Part shown: positions 14,570 through 27,577 of the stretch, piece by piece
Layout of the letters: every line of letters begins with the position of its first letter
Position numbering within the stretch: position 1 is the first letter of the stretch
Assembly: GCA_951406725.2 (NCBI GenBank)
Contig: OX597822.1
Coordinates: 71,796,001 to 71,860,000 of the forward strand
Reading direction: 5' to 3'
Length of the DNA: 64,000 nucleotides
Source: Octopus vulgaris
Taxonomy: Eukaryota
Program-made: the position numbers and the translations under genes
The notes under the pieces: generated by a model
What the model was told of the DNA's origin: nothing
Seen by the model: the letters and a program-made list of their open reading frames with translations, nothing else
Databases searched by the model: none

Positions 14570-15678
14570 ATATGTGTGTGTGTATGTGTGTGTGTTGGGT
14601 GTGTGTTAGCGTGGTGGATGAACAGATAGATATACATACATATATGCAAGTGTATGTTTATGTGTGATTGTGTGTGTATGAATGTATATATATATATATG
14701 TCTGTATGTACGTATGTATGTATATATGTACAAATGTATATATATATATGCATGTATAGAGACATACTTTCACACGTACACAAAACACAAATGCACGCAA
14801 AAATGCATGCATGCATACGTACATACATACATATGCATAGATACATACATACATGCATACTTACAACCTTTCATAATATATATAAATATATATATACATA
14901 CATACTTACAAACGTACATATATTTACCAACACATACATACATACATACATACATACATACATACATACATACAAACATACATACATATGCATAGATACA
15001 TATATACATGCATGCATACTTACAACCTTTCATTATATATATATATATATACATACTTACAAACGTACATATATTTACCAACATATATATACATACATGC
15101 ATACATACATACATACATACATACATACATACATACATACATACATACATACATACATACATACATACATACATACATACATACATACATACATACATAC
15201 ATACATACATACATACATACGTATGCATTTTTATACATACAAACACAAGTAACAGAGAAATCATATATTATGATAAACATCTTAAAACATCACAAAGCTA
15301 TGCCTGCATACAATTCACTTGATAAATATCCTATAAATATCCCATAAAAATGTTTAAATGCTTTTCATTTGATAAATTAATTTTAATGTCCATGCTGACT
15401 CCATTAAAGCAATTGATTTTGACGTTTACTGTCGTGTAGAATCAATATTGATTGAGTGAGTTGATGGTAAAAAATAAATATTTGTGGACATCACTATTTC
15501 TATGTATGTATGTATGTATGTATGTATGTATGTATGTATGTATGTATGTATGTATGTATGTATGTATGTATGTATGTATGTATGTATGTATGTACGTAGG
15601 TAGGTACGTAATTATGTATTTATGTGTGTGTATGTATGTACGTAGATACGTATGTATGTACCAATGTATGTATAAATG

Positions 15679-15710
<32 letters not shown>

Positions 15711-16223
15711 TACATATACATATATATATTTATATATATATGTGTATGTATGTATGTATGTATGTATGTATGTATGTATGTATGTATGTATGTATATGTA
15801 TGTATATATATGCATGTATTATGGTTGTGTGGTGATGTATTTGTATGTATGTGTATATATGTGTGGGTATGTGTGTATATGAGTATGTATATACAATATA
15901 AATATATATATATACCAATGTATATGTATGTGTATACGTGTCTGTATGTACGAATGTATGTATTTATGCTTTACGTGAGTACATGCGTATATATGACTTT
16001 GTATATATATATATATATATGTACGTAAATATATATATATATGTACGTAAATATTTAGCGTGTATGAATAATGGCGTATAGTAATGCTTTCTATTGGTGC
16101 CTCAGTGGGAGCTCACGCCCATTCAAATATAAACACACATTTAAGTATATATATGTGTGTGTGTGTGTATGTGTGTGTGTGTGTTTGTGCGTGTGTGTGT
16201 ATGTGTGTGGATATGTAAGGTTG

Positions 16224-16259
<36 letters not shown>

Positions 16260-16400
16260 TGTGTGCACCCATGTGTACGCAACAAATACACACGTAAAAG
16301 TACATTAGATGTATATGTACATATATGTATGATCGAATTTGTATATAGGTATGTCCACGTAACAACACTACATCAAAATCTATACGTACGTACACATATC
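14570..16400. repeat. Large compound microsatellite region with (CATA)n then (TATG)n; includes a ~155-bp-period internal duplication (~14820-15100)
   Basis: Direct reading; gcatacttacaacctttcat and atacttacaaacgtacatatatttaccaaca each occur twice. Confidence 0.95.
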
Positions 16401-16562
16401 CACTTGTACATACATATATGTGTCCACATACATTTAGCTAACCACACACACACACACCGAAAACCGCCCCAACCATTTTTTTTTTAGGATGTATCTACAT
16501 TGGTGGTATTTGTAACCTATTAAATAGAATATATTCAGATGTTTGAGAGAGAAAGATACTGT

Positions 16563-16599
<37 letters not shown>

Positions 16600-16786
16600 T
16601 GTGTGTTTGTGTGTGTGTTTGTGTGCTTGTGTGTGTGTTTGTGCGTACTTGTAAATGTGTATGTAAGTATGTGTATTGATGTATGTATTAATAGAAGAAG
16701 GATCGCTGTTATGACATGTATTATCTGTGTTTTTCCTGAAGCATATATGTCTAGATATTGGTTCTTGTATGTTGTTGTTGTTGTTG

Positions 16787-16847
<61 letters not shown>

Positions 16848-17061
16848 GGCGGCTACTGCTAAATGACAGAATCGGTAGCAAAATTCTTAGCGGCATTTCG
16901 TCCGTCCTCACGTTCTGGGTTCAGATTCCGCCAAGGTCGACTTTGCCTTTCCTCCTTTCGGGGTCGATAAATTAAGTATCAGTGGAACACTGGGGTCGAT
17001 GTAATCAATGTCTGCCTCCCTCAAATTTCAGTCCTTGTACCTATAGTAGAAAGGATTACTA

Positions 17062-17790
17062 TTCCTTCGTAACACAGTGCAGATAAAAATGTACCGAAGT
17101 CTTTAGTCATCTGTCAAGGACCTCAGACAGATAATACTTTCCGTTAGATGTGCGCTGTGCCCAATAAGGCTGCATTTTGCAAGACATCAATCTTGCATGA
17201 GATTTCGAGTTACCTTAAGAAGTCTTGAAGTTTCAATTGGATTGAGCCCAACGCTCCGATTACCATTGGTTTCACTTTTATATTACCCTCTCGCATTCCA
17301 TACAGTCTTGTAGCCCATTCGCAGGGTCTCTCAGACTCTCGCTAATCCGAGATATTTCTACTCCAGTTAAGTAACCTTTCCTCCTAATCACTCTCATTTG
17401 GTTCATTAGTTTATTTTCTGACATTGGACACATGCCCTCTTCCATACAAAATTTCAAGGTACGTCGGCCTACTCCGGGACTTCTTTCCAGCTTTGTTCTT
17501 TCATGACATTCAATAAGTGTATCGTACTCTTCCTTCGTCCACTTATGTCTCTTTTTGCGCACACCCGGTATATTGCCATCCTCGTGCATTACATGACTTC
17601 GAAGAACGTTTGTAAATTAGTTAGCAGTTTCTTCCACTACACACTCTATGTGGCCTTTCCTAGACACCGTCAACTTCACTATTCTTTTTCTTTTATTCTT
17701 TTATTCGTTATGACATAACGACCGTCTGAGGCTAGGTCACTGCTCCCTGATGCGGCTGGTTTTGGACGTGCCAAGCGGGAAATCTTCACC
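17062..17790 (-). mobile_element. Internally deleted R4/Dong-like LINE next to a (TAA)n array
   Basis: N-terminal domain RHKWTKEEY..ENKLMNQMRVIRRKGYLT joined to C-terminus PMVIGALGSIQ..LQNAALLGTAH; RT absent; 5' end abuts (TAA)n at 17791-17868. Confidence 0.75.
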
Positions 17791-17803
17791 ATTATTATTA
17801 TTA

Positions 17804-17870
<67 letters not shown>

Positions 17871-18085
17871 GGCGGCGAGCTGGCAGAATCGTTAGCACGC
17901 AGGGCGAAATGCTCAGCGGTATTTCGTCTGCCGTTACGTTCTGAGTTCAAATTCCGCCGAGGTCGACTTTACCTTTCATCCTTTCGGGGTCGATAAATTA
18001 AGTACCAGTCACGCACTGGGGTCGATATAATCAACTAGTTCTCTCCCCGCAATTGTCAGCCCTTGTGCTATAGCAGAAAGGATTA
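17871..18085 (+). mobile_element. SINE family A (tRNA-like head, Nin-like central domain); also at 16848-17057
   Basis: ggcggcgagctggcagaatcgttagc (A box), gagttcaaattcc (B box), gcctttcatcctttcggggtcgataaattaagtaccag; more than 15 copies in the window. Confidence 0.9.
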
Positions 18086-18160
18086 TCATCATCATCATCA
18101 TCATCATCATCATTATTATTATGTGAACGATATTTCGACATCTTGTGTGTTATCAACTGG

Positions 18161-18394
18161 TTCAAAAGATAAATTTGTCAATCTACTTCATTTTGGTTAA
18201 TATAGAAAATATTGAGGTAACGCCTCCTGAAGATATAGAGTCAAAATTAAAAGAAGATTGCTATTGTCGAAATATCGTTCACTAGATAACAATGGCACTC
18301 TTCTTTTAATTTTGACTCTATATCTTCAGGAGGAGTTACCTCAATCTTTTCTATATTAATCAAAATGAAGTCAATTGACAAATTTACTTTTCGA
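18161..18394. repeat. Long imperfect inverted repeat (arms 18161-18267 and 18289-18394, 21-nt loop)
   Basis: cctcctgaagatatagagtcaaaattaaaagaaga is the exact reverse complement of tcttcttttaattttgactctatatcttcaggagg; pairing extends both ways with scattered mismatches. Confidence 0.95.
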
Positions 18395-18970
18395 GCGTCG
18401 GAAAAAGTTGCTTTGGCGTAATTGTTCTGGTTTTTTTTTACATTCTGCGTTCAAAACCTACTAAGATTAACTTTACCTTTCATCCTTTCGGGGGTGATTA
18501 AATAAAGCACTACTGAAGTACTGGGTTGTTATATTCAACTAATTCCACCACCTCACCTCAAACCTTTTGGTCGTCAGCCTAAATTAAAACTCTTGTTTGT
18601 ATATAGTTACCTTGTTCTTTTAGACATTCCCATCATGCTGCTGATATTTTGACTCTTTTGTTTCGTTCTTTGCTGAGGATTTGTTGTTTACTATCAGCTT
18701 ACCTTTTTTTTTTTCGCGCGACTCAGTTATATTCACGAAGAACCATTATCTGCTTCTCTTTCCAGTTCACACATCTCTGCTGTGTATCCATTGCTAAGCT
18801 TAATGTTAGCCTTGTAACACACTGTGAATGTACGTATACACTCCGTGCGGTATGAGACGATTTGGCGCAGCTGTTTCGGTGCAGACGATTTGGGCACGGC
18901 TGGTTGGATATTCAGCCTATTTTGGCAGCAGTATGTTTTTGGCATTGGACACGCGCGCGCGCACACACAC

Positions 18971-19007
<37 letters not shown>

Positions 19008-19137
19008 AACATACACATACACACACATACACAGACACATATGCATGCATATATATACACACACTCATACACATACGCACGCACACACACATGTACGCAC
19101 ACACACACACACATGTACACACGCACGCACACACACA

Positions 19138-19171
<34 letters not shown>

Positions 19172-19805
19172 TTATACACATACAGATAGAATGAGTGAAA
19201 GAGAAGCATTACAATTCATTAAATGAACATGAGTGACATAAACACACATCAAGAGAAAAGCGCTCACACATAGATAGATACGTAGACACATAGGTGGTGG
19301 TGGCGGTGGTAGGTGGGGGAGAGAACGAGAGGAACATTAAAACGACTGATGTCAAACAAGCCAGCGTCGAATTAGCGACGTAAAACAGACAGCACAAAAA
19401 TGGCCGCGCTCAAACGACTCACACCCAAACCTACAATGTTCCATCTTTTCAAGCAGCACTGTACCAGGTATCGCATATAAATTTACCAATTATTTATTTA
19501 ATAATGAAATAAAAATCTTAGCTTTTCGTTTATGAAGCAGGTCGATTGTTAAGATTCATTGACAATGTTTTACATATATTTGAAATTCAAAATGGCTCCC
19601 CCTTTCCTTTCACCATAATCTTTATTCTTTTATTAAACTGTTTTATCACTTCACAATTCTTTTTACCAACCATTTTCAATGCTACAATTTGTTCAAGTTT
19701 CGTTTGAGAAGCCATATTTAATTAAGGGTAAAGAATAAAACAAAAGAATATTAGCACGTGTTATACAACACTTGCGACTATTTTGGGGGAATAAGAATGT
19801 TTCAA

Positions 19806-20185
19806 TTTATATTTGAATAACGGGTGAATTATTATGTTTAAATAATACATAAATGCATATGCCGTACCCGGTATGTTGCCATCCTCGTGTATTACATGAC
19901 TTCGTAGAACGTTTGTAAATTAGTTAGCAGTTTCTTCCGCTACACACTCTATGTGGCCTTTCCTAGACACCGTCAACTTAACTATTCTTTTTCTTTTATT
20001 TTTGTATTCGTTTCAGTCATTTTGACTGCGGCCATGCAGGAGCACCGCCATTAGTCGAGCAAATCCACCCCAGGACTTATTCTTTGTAAGCCTAATACTT
20101 ATTCTATCGGTCTCTTATGCCGAACCGCTAAATTACGGGGACGTAAACACACCAGCATCGGCTGTCAAGCGATGTTGGACACACA

Positions 20186-20239
<54 letters not shown>

Positions 20240-20590
20240 TATACATACACACATACACATATATATATACGACGGGCTTCTTTCAGTTTCCCTCTATCAA
20301 ATCCACTCACAAGGCTTTGGTCGGCCCGGGGTTATAGTAGAAGACACTTACCCAAGGTGCCACGCAGTGGAACTGAACCTGAAACCATGTGGTTGGTTAG
20401 CAAGCTACTTAGCACACAGCCACTCCTGCTCCTATGAAAACATTTTTTGTCAAAATGTTGGAACTTCCTTCATGATTACATTATGGCTTCAGAACACGAG
20501 CATTTTCCCAAAATAAACTTGCACGCGTCAATCAATAGCGTTGTTTAGATATCTACATCTTGGCACCCCCTTCACTATCCTTCTGCGTTG
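19806..20590. repeat. Local duplication copy A (contains a SINE at ~19985-20432); paralogous to 24043-24394 and 17563-17709
   Basis: Shared block cacactctatgtggcctttcctagacaccgtcaactt in all three copies; flanks shared with 24043-24394. Confidence 0.93.
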
Positions 20591-21333
20591 CAATTTTTTG
20601 GTTGCCTTATGGAATACAAAAGAATGCAGACTGGTGCTGATTCGCATCGTATTGACACTGTTATATTTTGTGCTAGTGCTTCAACTACGGTATTGAAATA
20701 TTAGTTGTGCCCCTCTGTATACTCTGCAAGAAACAACCTGCTTACCACCAGAATATGTTATAAGGATTCGTAGCTTCAATCAATAGTATCAATATAATAC
20801 TGACCGAGGCTGGAAAATACATTGTATACCATTCTTAGGATTTGTGATGTACACATTTTTCAATCTTTCTTTAGTGTATATATGTGTGTGTGTGTGTGTG
20901 TGTATGTGTGTGTGTGTATGTGTGTGTGCGTGTGTGAATATGTATGTATATGTATATATGTATATGTATATGTATGTATGTATGTATGTATGTGTGTATA
21001 TACATGAATGTGTATATAGTAAATTAAATTAAATCGTTTTCGATATATCAGCAATAATTGATTAAATACAATTTTTTCTATTTTCTACAGACCAACAGAA
21101 AATAGACCTCTTCCGATACTATTGGTGTAATTCAGTAATCACATAGATAAAACATAGTTTTTGAGTACATGTTAAAAAAGAAATTTCAAATATAGAATAC
21201 TATAGATCTTAATTTACGACAGAAATCATAATAAATATTTATAGACGTGTTCCTGCACTCGTATTTTCATATTTTACAACATCAGTTTGAAAGAAAAGGA
21301 AAGCAGCTCCGAGTCAACATCCATTTACAAAGA

Positions 21334-21400
<67 letters not shown>

Positions 21401-21401
<1 letters not shown>

Positions 21402-23075
21402 GTTTATATATTTGTTGTGCAAGATTTTTTATGTGAAGTCGTGTGTTGAAACAGATATTGTTATATTTCGGAATGGTCATTTTGCCAGTTTAGCCAATAA
21501 AAACACACGCACTATATATTTGGTGTTACTTTGCTTCAGTGTTGTGTATTTTTTACATTAATCTTAATCTTATTTCGGCCAGAGTTCTTTCGTCACACTC
21601 CTGTGACCGCATCAGTGGTCCTTTGTTTTTTCTTTCTTATTTGTGTCTCTCCTTACTAACCGTCAGCCATTTTGTATTTCTATTGTATGTCTTCATTTGC
21701 GCATGCTTATATCTCTATGTGCGTCTATGTTTATTTAGTGTGTGTGTGTGAGGGAAGCCTGTAATATTTGTATCTTCTGTTTATATACGTTCATGTAATT
21801 TGTTTTTGTTGTTGTTGTTTTTGTTTATTCTTATTTTGTTCATGTGTTTACATCCACTTATTATTATCATTACATATGCTATGTATGTATGTATGTATGT
21901 ATGTATGTATGTATGTATAACAACAATACTAGTAATAATAATAATAAATTGAAAAAATATATATATAAAAAAAATATAGTTATTTATTTCTATTTGTTTA
22001 TTTGTCTGTGTATTTATTATGTTTTCGGGATCCTCTACCGTCATATGTTGTGGTGTGTGCTTGTGTTCCATTCTAGTTTTCTATTCAGGCTAGGTTTATT
22101 TTCTATTATATGTGTAGCTTCTGTAATTTGTCTGATTGTTGCATCTGTTCTATGTGTGGACAATATTTTAATTTCTATGTTGTTGATAGATCCCCCGTGT
22201 TCCTGTTCGGCGTGTTGGTACAGAATCGATGAGCTTTTACCTTCCTTGAGTTGTCTCCATATTTCATTTACCCGCTCTTCTATGCTTCTTGCCGTTTCCC
22301 CTACGTATGTCGTTGTCTTGTTACTGCATCGTCCCTCTATACATCTTATACTATAGACTACATTTCTGGCTTTACAGTTTGTTTGTGAGCTAAATCTACA
22401 TACAGTACAGTACTTATCCGTACAGGGGCTTCTACTAAAAGGATAGGTTCTACCAATTATAGATTTGATAGGGTTGCCTGGCTTTTCAACAACCTTAATC
22501 CTTAGCTTAAGTTTGTCTAGGGTCCTTCTAAAGCGGTACGCCAGTTCAACTCCAGGGGTGGTGTCAACGAACATGACACTCTGGTATTTATAGCTATCAT
22601 ACCAAGAGTTGGCCTTCCCTATTTTCATTTTTGTCTTTTCTATAGTGTTCCATGACTTGTTCCTATAGAGTGGGCAAATCCCATTCCTATCATTACATAA
22701 TATATTATCAAATTTCTTCATGGCTCCTTTGTATACTCTGATCCTTTCTTTATAAACAGAAGATACAAATATTACAGGCATCCCCCCACACACACACACT
22801 AAATAAACATAGACGCACATAGAGATATAAGCATGCGCAAATGAAGACATACAATAGAAATACAAAATGGCTGACGATTAGTAAGGAGAGACACAAATAA
22901 GAAAGAAGAAAACAAAGGACCACTGATGCGGTCACAGGAGTGTGACGAAAGAACTCTGGCCGAAATAAGATTAAGATTAATGTAAAAAATAAATAACACT
23001 GAAGCAAAGTAACACCAAATATATAGTGCGTGTGTTTTTATTGGCTAAACTGGCAAAATGACCATTCCGAAATAT

Positions 23076-23082
<7 letters not shown>
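21401..23082 (-). mobile_element. 5'-truncated Penelope-like retroelement with C-terminal GIY-YIG endonuclease and inverted pseudo-LTR, in (TA)n
   Basis: Coding part 22041-22750: VMFVDTTPG..IKVVEKPG..CTDKYCTVC..NVVYSIRC..YVGETARSIEERVNE..LYQHAEQEH..RQITEA..PSLNRK; 22751-23082 is the reverse complement of 21456-21785. Confidence 0.92.
22917..22961 (+). ncRNA. Type I minimal hammerhead-ribozyme-like motif in the PLE pseudo-LTR (copies at 21577-21621 minus and 7891-7935 plus)
   Basis: GGACCA-CTGATGCG-GTCAC-aggagt-GTGAC-GAAAG-aa-CTC-TGGCC: stems I, II and III can be drawn; the core differs from canonical CUGANGA. Confidence 0.5.
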
Positions 23083-23158
<76 letters not shown>

Positions 23159-24042
23159 ATAAATGACTGGGAATCGAACTGGTGAAAGTGTTAGATAATA
23201 AGGCATTAAGACAATATGACTTTCTCCAGCCACTATAAAGTTTGATTAAAGTTTTATATAAAGCGTTCACACATATTTTTGTCAAATAGTCACTTGAATA
23301 ATTAATATTGTAGAAAAATTGTTATGAAAATTGGCCCGGAGAAATGAAAGCGTAAAGGCAATATTGTGATTCGTTCAAGTAGAACGTGTTTTGCATTAAG
23401 ATAAACCAAACTGGAGTAATTCAATATTGTACAAAATAACTTTAAGTTAATCATGTTAACGTTATAATTTAGAGCCATTTATTCGCTAGCAAATAATAAA
23501 TAGCACTGGAGTAGGTGAGAAACGTAGAAATAGACATGGTCAAAATACTTCTCATTCAGTTTAATGTGATGTCTGGTTTAAGGTGGCTGAAAGAGAAACA
23601 ATTCTTTTTAGTGTTGTTACCTGAGAAAGCGAAGCTGGGAAGTTCAGCTCCTTGACAGATGTTAAGCGAATGAGTGAAGTAAAATAATTCAATTGAGTTT
23701 CGCCTTATAGCAACAACATGGCGATCAGAATAGTTATCTAAGATAGGGTAAGATACAGCATGTGATAACCGAGAAACACAAAGGCGTTCATGGCTATGCG
23801 AATGTCTCAGATTGGAAGCGAAGTCTCCCAATATATTTCTGAGTTATGCTAAGCTGTATTTAAAATAGATACTATTTATTGAAAGGAAAAACGCAAATAT
23901 GAAAATTAGATTATCTACTACAGAACCAATCTAATTTATGACTATTACTCTCTCGCACGCACACACATACACACGCGCATGCACACACACACACACAAAC
24001 ATATCTTAGCGATGAAAGCAATATTTCTACCGAATGGCAGTG

Positions 24043-24394
24043 TTTATATTTGAATAACCGGTGAATCATTATGTTTAAATAATAATTCATAAATGCATAT
24101 GCCGTACCCGGTAAATTGCCATCTTCGTGCATTACATGACTTCGTAGAAAGTTTGTAAATTAGTTACCAGGTTCTTCCACAACACACTCTATGTGGCCTT
24201 TCCTAGACACCGTCAACTTCACTACGAAAACATTTTTTGTCAAGATAGACCTTGACAAAATGTTGGAACTTCCTTCATGATTACATTATGGCTTCAGAAC
24301 ACGAGCATTTTCCCAAAATAAACTTGCATGAGTCAATCAATAGCGTTGTTTAGATATCTAGATCTTGGTACCCCTTTCATTGTCCTCCTGCGTC
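24043..24394. repeat. Local duplication copy B (empty site for the SINE found in copy A)
   Basis: caacttcactacgaaaacattttttg joins the two flanks that the SINE separates in copy A. Confidence 0.93.
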
Positions 24395-24606
24395 TTCAAT
24401 GTGGTATTCGTCCTGAGAGAACCTCTCGCACAGATGCATGCTGCGAAGAGCACACATATATCGTTAGTTGTATTCGGTAATCTAACAATGCATCCACATT
24501 TAGTGTGTGTATTAGCTTTTTCTACCCCATCCACGTTGTTTCGGCCATTGAAAGCACTCGTCAGAGAACTGCGGAACGTAAATAAGCACAAATTTGTGTA
24601 TATGTA

Positions 24607-24649
<43 letters not shown>

Positions 24650-26357
24650 GCGTGTGTGTGTGTGCGTGTGAAAGCCAACTCACTGTTTCCCACAGTTTGG
24701 ATCCATTTCTTACACACGCTAAAATGTCAGAGGCTACACGTTTCACCTCTGTTACCGTTTCGTTAAGGGCCAAAAATAAAAGGAATCAGCAACGATAACA
24801 GTAATTATCAGTGGTAAAGAACATAGACCATCACTGGCACGGCAGTTACTATCATTTCCTGCACCATGTAACTACTTTTGAAATACAGAAACATGACAGC
24901 TGTGATACAATCATCTCTCTACAGAATTGGGGAAAAAACTCCTAAACCAGTCAAAATACAGCTGTAATTCTTTGTTTATGTAAACAAACTATGTCTTGGA
25001 CTGTTTGTATGTTCCAATAATTCTTCCAAGTATAGCGATAGATCATGTTTTCTCTTTTTGTTGAAATTGTAATTAATGATCTCAAATTTTTAACTGTTTT
25101 AAACAGGAATATTTCTTAGTCAATCACCACTAAGAATTTTCTGTCTGTATTTCTTTTCCCCTCAGATTGATTTATTATGTATTCAATATATTTATTTTAT
25201 TTTATTTTTACACGCATCCACACATTCCATTAACATGAATACAAGCACAATACATGCGACAATTTAATTAGGCAACTTACTTTCAGCGCCTTGCAATTTG
25301 TACTTTCGTCTCAACTCATCGTTCATTTACTGCACGTAGTGATTCGAAAGCACACGATATATGTAATTTCGCAAAATGCTATATTGTTGTTTGTTTTACC
25401 TCACTTGCAGAATCACTTGTACGAAGGCTCATGCAATCTTCTGTAGACTTACTTGCATGATAACCAATCGTGCTAATCCTTTAGCAATGTACACGTTCAT
25501 GTACACAGATGCATGCCTCATTTTCAGTGAGCGTGCACACGAAGAAGACACACTTCCATTTTGTGTACATATCAAGCAGGCTTCCACGTGCGTATTGTTG
25601 TTTCCTTAAGGGCCGTTTTCCCGGTTTCCTTGGCGTATAGGTTCCCCACCTGGACGGGACGCCGGTCCGTCGCAAGTGAGCTGCAAGATGCAGGAGGAAA
25701 GAGTGAGAGAAAGTTGTGGTGAAAGAGTCAGCAGAAGTTCGCCATTACCTTCTGCCGGAGCCACGTGGAGATTAGGTGTTTCACTCATAAACACACACAT
25801 CGCCCGGTCTGAGATTCGAACCCGCGATCCCTCGACCGCTGCTCTAACCACTAGGCCATGTGCTTCCATGTGCGTATGCTTACATGCTATTTTCCGTTGG
25901 TCCTTTGACCAACTCACTATCTGTATAGCCCACTCCTATAAGTATCTTTACACTATCATTTAGTCATTGTTACCTCTGTTTCAAATTGGTTCTAATTGGT
26001 TGATATTTTCCATGCAATTTAAGTACTTACGTAAAGACCTTATGCAGATATCATTTTAGTTTCACCGTATCCCCATATATTATTTTGGCAAATCAAATGA
26101 TTAATCAGGTGACTACCCTTTCTTTTGCCAATTTGAACAGAAGTATATCTGCTTTCTGCCTCTCACTCCTTCTTAGCCTTCATCGACAGCTATAGGGCCA
26201 TAGATAAGCTTTCTCCATTTTATCTCTCTTGCTAGCTCTTAATCTCTACATTGACCCTGCCTCTACAGAATAATTCCTTTCAGTTTAAAAACGTACATTT
26301 TCCATTTGCTGCTGACCACTCTCAGTTGTTGAACATTTTGACTTTACAAACATGAAA

Positions 26358-26422
<65 letters not shown>

Positions 26423-26508
26423 GCTCTAGTTATATTTAATTTGAATCCTAATTTTTGTAATTACTTTTTCCCAGTAAATGTAATTAAAATTTTTGCATAT
26501 TTTGCATA

Positions 26509-26910
26509 GGCGCAGGAGTGGCTGTGTGGTAAGTAGCTTGCTAACCAAACACATGGTTTCAGGTTCAGTCCCACTGCGTGGCACCTTGGGCAAGTGTCTT
26601 CTACTATAGCATCGAGCCGACCAAAGCCTTGTGAGTGGATTTGGTAGACGGAAACTGAAAGAAGCCCGTCGTATATATGTATATGTATATATATGTGTGT
26701 GTGCGTTTGTCCCCTCCCCCCAACATCGCTTGACAACCGATGCTGGTGTGTTTACGTCTCCGTAACTTAGCGGTTCGGCAAAAAGAGACCTATAGAATAA
26801 GTACTAGGCTTACAAAGAATAAGTCCTGGGGTCGATTTGCTCGACTAAAGACGGTGCTTCAGCATGGCCGCAGTCAAATGACTGAAACAAGTAAAAGAGT
26901 AAAAGAGTAA
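26509..26910 (+). mobile_element. SINE family B (tRNA-like head, CORE-like ccttgggcaagt, internal microsatellite); other copies ~19985-20432(-), 40545-41603(-, interrupted), 58885-59233(-), 59234-59640(+), 59895-60485(+), 62794-63760(+)
   Basis: ggcgcaggagtggctgtgtggtaag..ggttcagtcccactgcgtggcaccttgggcaagtg..gtagacggaaactgaaagaagcccgtcg..agcatggccgcagtcaaatgactgaaac recurs across the window. Confidence 0.9.
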
Positions 26911-27532
26911 TGAGATATTTAATGCATTTTTATGCTCCTTTATTAGGTCATACTAAATTTACTGAAATGTAAAACTGGAATGACCAAAAACTATTCTCTT
27001 CGTTAGAAAATATGAGAAGAAAGCATTTATCGCTGCAAAGAAAATGTAGGCCTTCTCTTTTAAAAGTACTTTTAGATGCTTGAATAAACTAAATTGCCAC
27101 AATTTCTATAAAGAACAAAGGATTTTCGTTTCTTTAGATTATCGATTTTTTTTTTCCTCCATAGCTTCGGCTCAAGGTTTCAAGATTTATAAATGATAAG
27201 AAATGAGATTATAGGATGCTCATGCCTTTCTAAAGAGTTTTAACAGCCAAAGAGAAATGAAATGAAATGAAATGAAATGTCTATCAGTTTTGGTTCACCA
27301 AACATTTGCAGCTACACCACAACGCTTTGCACATTGAATTAAATTATTACTCGAGAAAGAGATACAGAGAAAAACCATTGTGAAGGAATTTTCGTCTAAT
27401 CTTTGCAGCTTTTCTTTTATTTGAACCCTTATCCTGATATTAGTTGCCATGGTATATCTCCTTTCCACTATAAACACCTCATTCGTTGGTATCAATACTG
27501 AAAACATTCGGCTCCACTCTGTTTGATAAGAA

Positions 27533-27577
<45 letters not shown>

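Noticed and set aside
22041-22043. TGA stop of the PLE ORF as possible selenocysteine (reported for some Naiad PLEs)
   Set aside because: It lies after the end of the GIY-YIG domain, not at a conserved Cys, and a TAG follows two codons later.
22751-22865. N-terminal 38 aa of the 274-aa ORF (MYFYCMSS..)
   Set aside because: Read-through from the inverted pLTR; genuine PLE coding starts near 22750.
24525-24575. Minus-strand CTGACGA..CGAAAC hammerhead-like string, also readable as an FSDEC transposase-like peptide
   Set aside because: Stem II is weak, the triplet would be GUG and stem I is absent; the peptide stops within 20 codons.
27299-27518. Possible minus-strand exon (..NNLIQCAKRC.., faintly PAN/apple-like)
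   Set aside because: Weak splice signals and too little similarity to support.
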